NCBI GenBank assembly: GCA_045805065.1
Contig: JBJMMA010000158.1
Location: 1-11,993, forward strand
Direction of reading: 5' to 3'
DNA: 11,993 nucleotides
From: Bdellovibrionia bacterium
GTDB taxonomy: Bacteria; Bdellovibrionota; UBA1018
In this document: one piece after another, positions 7,539 to 11,993 of the stretch
Position numbering within the stretch: position 1 is the stretch's first letter
Layout: the number at the start of each line of letters is the position of its first letter
Notes under the pieces: generated by a model
The model's input: the letters and a program-made list of their open reading frames with translations, nothing else
Told to the model about the DNA's origin: nothing
The model's database searches: none
Position numbers and translations under genes: made by a program

Positions 7539-8441
7539 TCACGCTGCGCCACGACGAATGGCGCACTCAACATCCGTCTCAGTCGGTGCTTTTGTTCGAA
7601 GATTTCCAAGCATCTGCGAGGCTCTCTCAATATTCTCACGCGCTCTTTTGACCAGAGACTGAATCCGCTCTGGAACAGGAGGCGATCTTCCAATCAGCTC
7701 GACCAGCAGAGAGAGTGCTGTCAAAGGCGTACGAATATCATGGATCTGCTTGCGGATGTATTCGTCCCGCATGGCATTCAAGACGCGCATCTTCTGCACC
7801 TCATCTACAGCTCGGCGATGAAGTGTCGCGTTGTGAATGGCCATCGCCGCAAGTGTTGCCAACTCCTGAGCCATCTGAAGATCAGCATCGTCATAGTGTC
7901 TGCCCGATCTCTCCGTCGTGAAGAACGTCAGGCCACCAATGATCTCCTTCTTTTCCCGTATCATTGGGACCGCGATTGCGGACACGACCCTCATTTCCCT
8001 TAAGATGCTGATCAACTCCGGGCTCCATCCCGCAGCTTCCAGAATGTTGAGATATTCCAAGCAGTGATCTGCCACTAAAATCGACTCTCCTGACTTCAAG
8101 ACATGAGAGATTCCAACTTTCGCATCTTTAGGAGGCGGTGAAGGCTTCATTCGATGCAATCGCTCATCAAAATCCGGGTCAGCATGATGATGAGCAACTC
8201 GCTCAAAGCTGCCGCTGGGAAGCAAACGATTGATTGTGGTCCAGTCTGCGATTCTGGGAACAACCAAAAGGCTGAGACATTTGAAAGTCTCCTCGTACTG
8301 AATCGAAGACGAAAGAACGCGAGCTGCTTCACTCAAAAAAGCGACCCGCTCGGACAAAGTCGACAAGGATTCCGCTTTTCTGGTCAGCTCGTCCACGCTT
8401 ACTGCAGCGGTTTGCTCCGGTGTCTTCGATTCACTCGCCAT
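7539..8441 (-). CDS. GAF domain plus HisKA (DHp) protein lacking the HATPase_c domain (300 aa)
   Basis: FLSEAARVLSSSIQYEET...VVPRIADW, SAIAVPM and DLQMAQELATLAAMAIHNATL (GAF); H-box HDIRTPLT at His234. Stops 66 aa after the His with no N/G1/F/G2 boxes. Confidence 0.88.
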   Translation of the reverse strand: MASESKTPEQTAAVSVDELTRKAESLSTLSERVAFLSEAARVLSSSIQYEETFKCLSLLVVPRIADWTTINRLLPSGSFERVAHHHADPDFDERLHRMKPSPPPKDAKVGISHVLKSGESILVADHCLEYLNILEAAGWSPELISILREMRVVSAIAVPMIREKKEIIGGLTFFTTERSGRHYDDADLQMAQELATLAAMAIHNATLHRRAVDEVQKMRVLNAMRDEYIRKQIHDIRTPLTALSLLVELIGRSPPVPERIQSLVKRARENIERASQMLGNLRTKAPTETDVECAIRRGAA

Positions 8442-8739
8442 AAACGCTCTATTCAGCGAAAGGTATGCAAAGGAGATGCTTCACGTTTATCGTATGGCTG
8501 ATCGAATCGGAGAGTACGCGAATCGCTCATCACAAAGCTCTGCAGTTTATCAACAAAACAGATAGAAAATGCCTTTGGTTTTGCGGACATCTGGTCTGTC
8601 TACTATCCAACTGCATAATCCCTGAACAGTATCATCCATTCCGACGACACCTCAACTGATCAAATTTCTAACACCCTAAATTCTGAAACTCATGACGAAA
8701 ATTCGCCATTGCTCATCGTGATCCACATTTTTTAGTGCG

Positions 8740-8756
8740 TTGGTCCGCCACCTGCA
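8740..8756 (+). promoter_or_regulatory. Candidate sigma54 (-24/-12) promoter for the lipoprotein gene
   Basis: TT-GG-TCCGCCACCT-GC-A (GG at 8742-8743, GC at 8754-8755), 36 nt before the ATG at 8792. SD AGGAG at 8781-8785. Confidence 0.4.
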
Positions 8757-8791
8757 ATTCGATCCAGAAAGAGTTTTGAGAGGAGTTCAGT

Positions 8792-9784
8792 ATGAACAAG
8801 AATTTTCAGAAGCGCCAAATTGCCTTCGCATTGATCACATCTTTAACCGCCATCCTGGCCTCGGGCTGTACGCAGGGATACATCACGGCTCGTGACAGCG
8901 GCATATCCACCTACGCAGCCCAGCTTCAAGCCCCGATCTCAACGGGCTTGGCAGTATTCCCTGCCGATGCTGATGACTGCGCCTTTGGCGGATCCATCGT
9001 CAAAACCTACAGTGACTTGAACGCGAGCGGAACTCTCGATACAGACGAGCCGATTCTCTCGATCACAAAAGTTTGTAACGGCGCTACGGGTGCAACCGGA
9101 GCTACTGGTGCGACGGGCGCAACGGGCGCAACGGGTTCTCAGGGCCTTGGCTCAGGAATCATCGTGACCCAAGCGCCCGCAGGGACGTGCCCTGCCGGTG
9201 GAAGCATCCTGAAAACTTTCGTAGACGCCAATAACAATGGAAAACTCGACTCCGGTGAAACGGTCACGTCGATCAACACGATTTGTAACGGCACCAACGG
9301 TACGGATGGCGCAAGCGCTCACCTCACCGTTGCCCCTGCAACGACAGCTCAGTGTCCAAACGGAGGCGTCGTCTACACAAGCTCAGTCGGAAACGAACCA
9401 GGACAGCAAACCGTGGTTTGTAACGGTCAAGATGGAAAGAATGCAAATCTTGCGATGGGACCCGTGGGACCTAACCCGCCAAACAAGTCCTACTCAGTCT
9501 GCCGTCACGACTATCTCTACATCCCGAATCTGAACGACAGCAGCCGTGGCTGGCTCACCTTCCGCCACCAGGCGAACGGTCAGAAGGACCAAGGCATCGG
9601 TTCCACTGGATTTAACATCTGGAACGTGGATATCGCAGACTTCCTTCTGGTCTCTGAAGAAGGCGCGGGTACTAAAGTCACTTACTGCAGCCTGCACTGG
9701 GATCCATATGGCAAGGTCCTGACCTACAAGGTCGTCGATAACACCGACAACCTGGCAGGACTCACCGGAACGATCAAGTTCTAA
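8792..9784 (+). CDS. Putative lipoprotein with three Cys-bounded repeats (DUF7151-like) and collagen-like linkers (330 aa)
   Basis: SD AGGAG; signal peptide ending LASG|C26. Repeats C63-AFGG...DLNASGTLD...VC95NG, C133-PAGG...DANNNGKLD...IC165NG and C188-PNGG...VC210NG. Gly-X-Y linkers follow each. The family name is from recall and needs an HMM check. Confidence 0.85.
   Translation: MNKNFQKRQIAFALITSLTAILASGCTQGYITARDSGISTYAAQLQAPISTGLAVFPADADDCAFGGSIVKTYSDLNASGTLDTDEPILSITKVCNGATGATGATGATGATGATGSQGLGSGIIVTQAPAGTCPAGGSILKTFVDANNNGKLDSGETVTSINTICNGTNGTDGASAHLTVAPATTAQCPNGGVVYTSSVGNEPGQQTVVCNGQDGKNANLAMGPVGPNPPNKSYSVCRHDYLYIPNLNDSSRGWLTFRHQANGQKDQGIGSTGFNIWNVDIADFLLVSEEGAGTKVTYCSLHWDPYGKVLTYKVVDNTDNLAGLTGTIKF
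9080..9145 (+). repeat. Coding 9-bp tandem repeat encoding collagen-like (Gly-Ala-Thr)6-Gly-Ser-Gln-Gly
   Basis: GGCGCTACG GGTGCAACC GGAGCTACT GGTGCGACG GGCGCAACG GGCGCAACG GGTTCTCAG GGC. Confidence 0.92.
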
Positions 9785-9805
9785 GCTGCAAGATTGAACT
9801 CAAAT

Positions 9806-9852
9806 GAAAAGGGCCAGCTAACGAGATCCACTCTCGGCTAGCTGGCCCTTTC
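9806..9852. terminator. Long hairpin between convergent genes; probable bidirectional intrinsic terminator
   Basis: AAAGGGCCAGCTA (9808-9820) pairs with TAGCTGGCCCTTT (9839-9851), with an inner CGAGA/TCTCG stem. Short U-runs on both strands, better on the minus strand (TTTTCATTT). Confidence 0.82.
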
Positions 9853-9880
9853 CGATTTGTACGTCTTGGATCTGATCGTT

Positions 9881-11971
9881 TTAAGGCATATCCGGAGCAA
9901 CTTTCATGTGCTGCAGGACAGCTTCCGCAATCTCCTTAAAAACCGGCGTAGCGTGAGAGCTGCCATGGGCGCCATCCTTGCTTTCAGGATCGCGGATCCC
10001 CACATAAACCTCAACCCGAGGGTTTTTCACAGGCGCAAAGCCGATGAAGTTAGCGTAATCTGGATCGCCATCAAACGGCATGAACCGAGGATAGTGAGAA
10101 GTCGCCGTCTTTCCGGCCGTTGTGTAGAGCTTGCTTTCTCCGTGAGGGCTTGCAGTTCCGGTCAAAACAACCTGTTGAAGGATCATTTTGGTTTTCTCGG
10201 CAGCCTCTGGTGAAAGAACCCGGCGGATGACTTGAGAATCGGAATCCGATGCGTTGGCAGGCAAAGGCTTCATCAACTTTCCGCCGTTGGCAATTGCGCC
10301 AAACGCCTGGACCATCTCGATAGGGCTGATATCGAGTCCCGCCCCTTCTGAAACGTAGGGGACAAGCCTCGGATGCTCAGGATCATCTTTTGAAGGCAAA
10401 CGACCACTGCGAGCAGCCGGGAAATTTTTCGCGGTGCCTTCAGGTCCGAAGCCAAAATTTTCAAGCATCGTCATCAGACCTTGGGCCCCAATCCTCTCAC
10501 CCAGCTTGATCGAACAAATATCACTGGAGAGCGCAATCGTCTGAGTCGTGGTCAGATGATCCCAGCCTGCCTTGTGCCAATCATGATAGACGCGATCTCC
10601 ATAGCGGTACTTGCCATTTTCACATGAGATCTTTTCATCGGGAGTCGTAAGGCCTCGATTGAGTGCTTCTGCGACAACGAGCGACTTCAACACCGATGCA
10701 GGTTCGAACAATTCACCTAAAGCCCAGTATCCTGAAAGTTTCTGGGTAGTATCGACATTGGCTACCGCTAAAATCTTTCCTGTCATCGGATCAGCAACGA
10801 TTGCAAATCCTGCCTTGGCTTTCTCCTTCGCCAGGAACCTGGAAAGAACTGAATCTGCAATTTTTTGAATTTCGGGATCAACAATTACTTTTCCTTCGTT
10901 AACGGAATTTTCATTCGTTTGCCGAATGGATTGCTCCGCGCCGAGAGCAATCGCTATTGTCATCAAACCAGTAACGGTACCTAATACTACGCCTGCCCAT
11001 CGATTGGCCTTGGACGCCACCTGAGAGGCATCATGACTCGTAAACATCTCTATTCTCCTTCGTAAGAACGATTTGAAATACGCAGGGTTCTTGGAATCCG
11101 CGGCCATGCACGTGGTACCGACGTACATTTGGCGGGATCCAAGCGCTGTCTCTGCCACCCTTACAAGACAGCTTCCGTACTCATACGAGGAGATCCTCTT
11201 TCGGCCGATCAAAGCCTCATCGCATGAGAATTCTTGCAATTCATTGAGCTCCTTTTTCCAGAAGTAGACGAACGGATTTGGAAAGAAGAAGCAGATCATC
11301 AGTTCCATCAAAATCGCCCAGAGCGTATCACCCTGGCGATGATGCTGAAGCTCGTGTTGAAGCGCGATGCGGAAGTCGTTGGATTTGCCAAGCATCTGGC
11401 TTGGCAATGCGACCCAACAGAGTCGCCCGAAACGAGCCGAAAACGGAATCGTGATCTCCTCGGAGACTCCGACGCAAACTTTTCCAACGAATCGAATGAC
11501 CGTGACACTTTGAAGGACTGTCTGGAGCTTGCGCAAATGAAACAGAAACCTTCCTAACATCAGAATCACGCCGGCCAACAAGGCGATCAAGGCGGCGAAA
11601 CTGAGCTGTTCCGAAGAAACCGGCCACTGATGTGAGAGCTGAGCTAAGTCTGAAGAAACTCGGGCAGTTGGAGGTCTTGCCTGATTTTTTCCTCCTGCTG
11701 GCATCTGAGGCACTCTGTGCCCCATTTCCGATGCCGGCTCAAAGAAACCCCATTGCACTCTGGGCAGCTGATTTTTGGGGACTTCATGGAACACAAAAGG
11801 GCTTAGACAAGAAAGGATGAGCAAAGCTTTCGCGATTTGAATGAGCTGGGAATGGCTCAAACTCACTCTCAATTTCCGTGTTAAATTCTTGAGCCCCAGA
11901 AAGGTCCCAAGACTGGCAAGCAGAAGGAGATTTGCGATGGAGTAAATCTCCAGAAGAGCAAAGGCCTTCAT
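9881..11971 (-). CDS. BlaR1/MecR1-like M56 metallopeptidase fused to an FtsI/SpoVD-type penicillin-binding transpeptidase domain (696 aa)
   Basis: N-terminal TM helices; H206-ELQH zinc motif followed by GD, FFPNP, QEFSCDE, YGSCL and LRRRI; a further TM helix; then DPMTGKILA, EPAS426VLK, S482SD, FGFG, ANGGKLMKP, AGK621TAT and FIGFAP. SD GAGAGGA at 11985-11979. Confidence 0.93.
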   Translation of the reverse strand: MKAFALLEIYSIANLLLLASLGTFLGLKNLTRKLRVSLSHSQLIQIAKALLILSCLSPFVFHEVPKNQLPRVQWGFFEPASEMGHRVPQMPAGGKNQARPPTARVSSDLAQLSHQWPVSSEQLSFAALIALLAGVILMLGRFLFHLRKLQTVLQSVTVIRFVGKVCVGVSEEITIPFSARFGRLCWVALPSQMLGKSNDFRIALQHELQHHRQGDTLWAILMELMICFFFPNPFVYFWKKELNELQEFSCDEALIGRKRISSYEYGSCLVRVAETALGSRQMYVGTTCMAADSKNPAYFKSFLRRRIEMFTSHDASQVASKANRWAGVVLGTVTGLMTIAIALGAEQSIRQTNENSVNEGKVIVDPEIQKIADSVLSRFLAKEKAKAGFAIVADPMTGKILAVANVDTTQKLSGYWALGELFEPASVLKSLVVAEALNRGLTTPDEKISCENGKYRYGDRVYHDWHKAGWDHLTTTQTIALSSDICSIKLGERIGAQGLMTMLENFGFGPEGTAKNFPAARSGRLPSKDDPEHPRLVPYVSEGAGLDISPIEMVQAFGAIANGGKLMKPLPANASDSDSQVIRRVLSPEAAEKTKMILQQVVLTGTASPHGESKLYTTAGKTATSHYPRFMPFDGDPDYANFIGFAPVKNPRVEVYVGIRDPESKDGAHGSSHATPVFKEIAEAVLQHMKVAPDMP

Positions 11972-11993
11972 TTGCCCATCCTCTCGTCCAGAA
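11968..11993 (-). CDS. 3' end of an upstream gene, probably a BlaI/MecI/CopY-family repressor (partial)
   Basis: The frame reads ...LDERMGK-TGA, and the TGA (11970-11968) overlaps the M56 start as ATGA. M56 genes are commonly preceded by a coupled BlaI-family gene. Only 7 codons are visible. Confidence 0.45.

Noticed and set aside
7171..7693. Frameshifted HATPase continuation of the GAF-DHp gene (ORFs 7171..7566 and 7406..7693, minus strand)
   Set aside because: Neither has N/G1/F/G2 boxes, and both run antisense into the TolC gene.
8465..8659. 64-aa intergenic ORF
   Set aside because: No SD upstream of its start, atypical composition and no recognisable motif; more likely regulatory DNA.
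9881..11047. Calling the PBP domain a housekeeping ftsI
   Set aside because: It has no pedestal domain, is fused in frame to M56, has altered motifs, and lacks dcw cluster context.
3046..11820. Remaining alternative-frame and antisense ORFs inside the RND, TolC, GAF, lipoprotein and M56 genes (e.g. 3046..3795, 4663..5148, 9857..10213)
   Set aside because: They are nested in or almost wholly overlap well-supported genes and have no motifs; typical shadow ORFs.

Overview
Bacterial chromosomal window of moderate GC. The protein styles suggest a Bdellovibrionota/deltaproteobacterial source, but this is inference only. Left to right: a partial exported-protein gene, a DUF4383-like membrane protein, a small protein with a histone-H1-like Lys/Ala tail, a secreted protein with a duplicated Cys-x23-Cys domain, a translationally coupled RND efflux operon (adaptor, permease, TolC), a GAF+HisKA protein with no ATPase domain, a lipoprotein with Cys-bounded repeats and collagen-like linkers, a BlaR1-like M56 protease fused to an FtsI-type transpeptidase domain, and the probable 3' end of a BlaI-type repressor. 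The most unusual features are: (i) the RND adaptor lacks the alpha-helical hairpin, and its permease lacks two canonical proton-relay residues; (ii) the M56 protein uses a class-B PBP sensor with an altered KTG motif and has a strong in-frame internal SD/ATG at the domain junction; (iii) several sigma54-type -24/-12 motifs lie directly upstream of gene starts. No rRNA, tRNA, CRISPR array or mobile element was seen.
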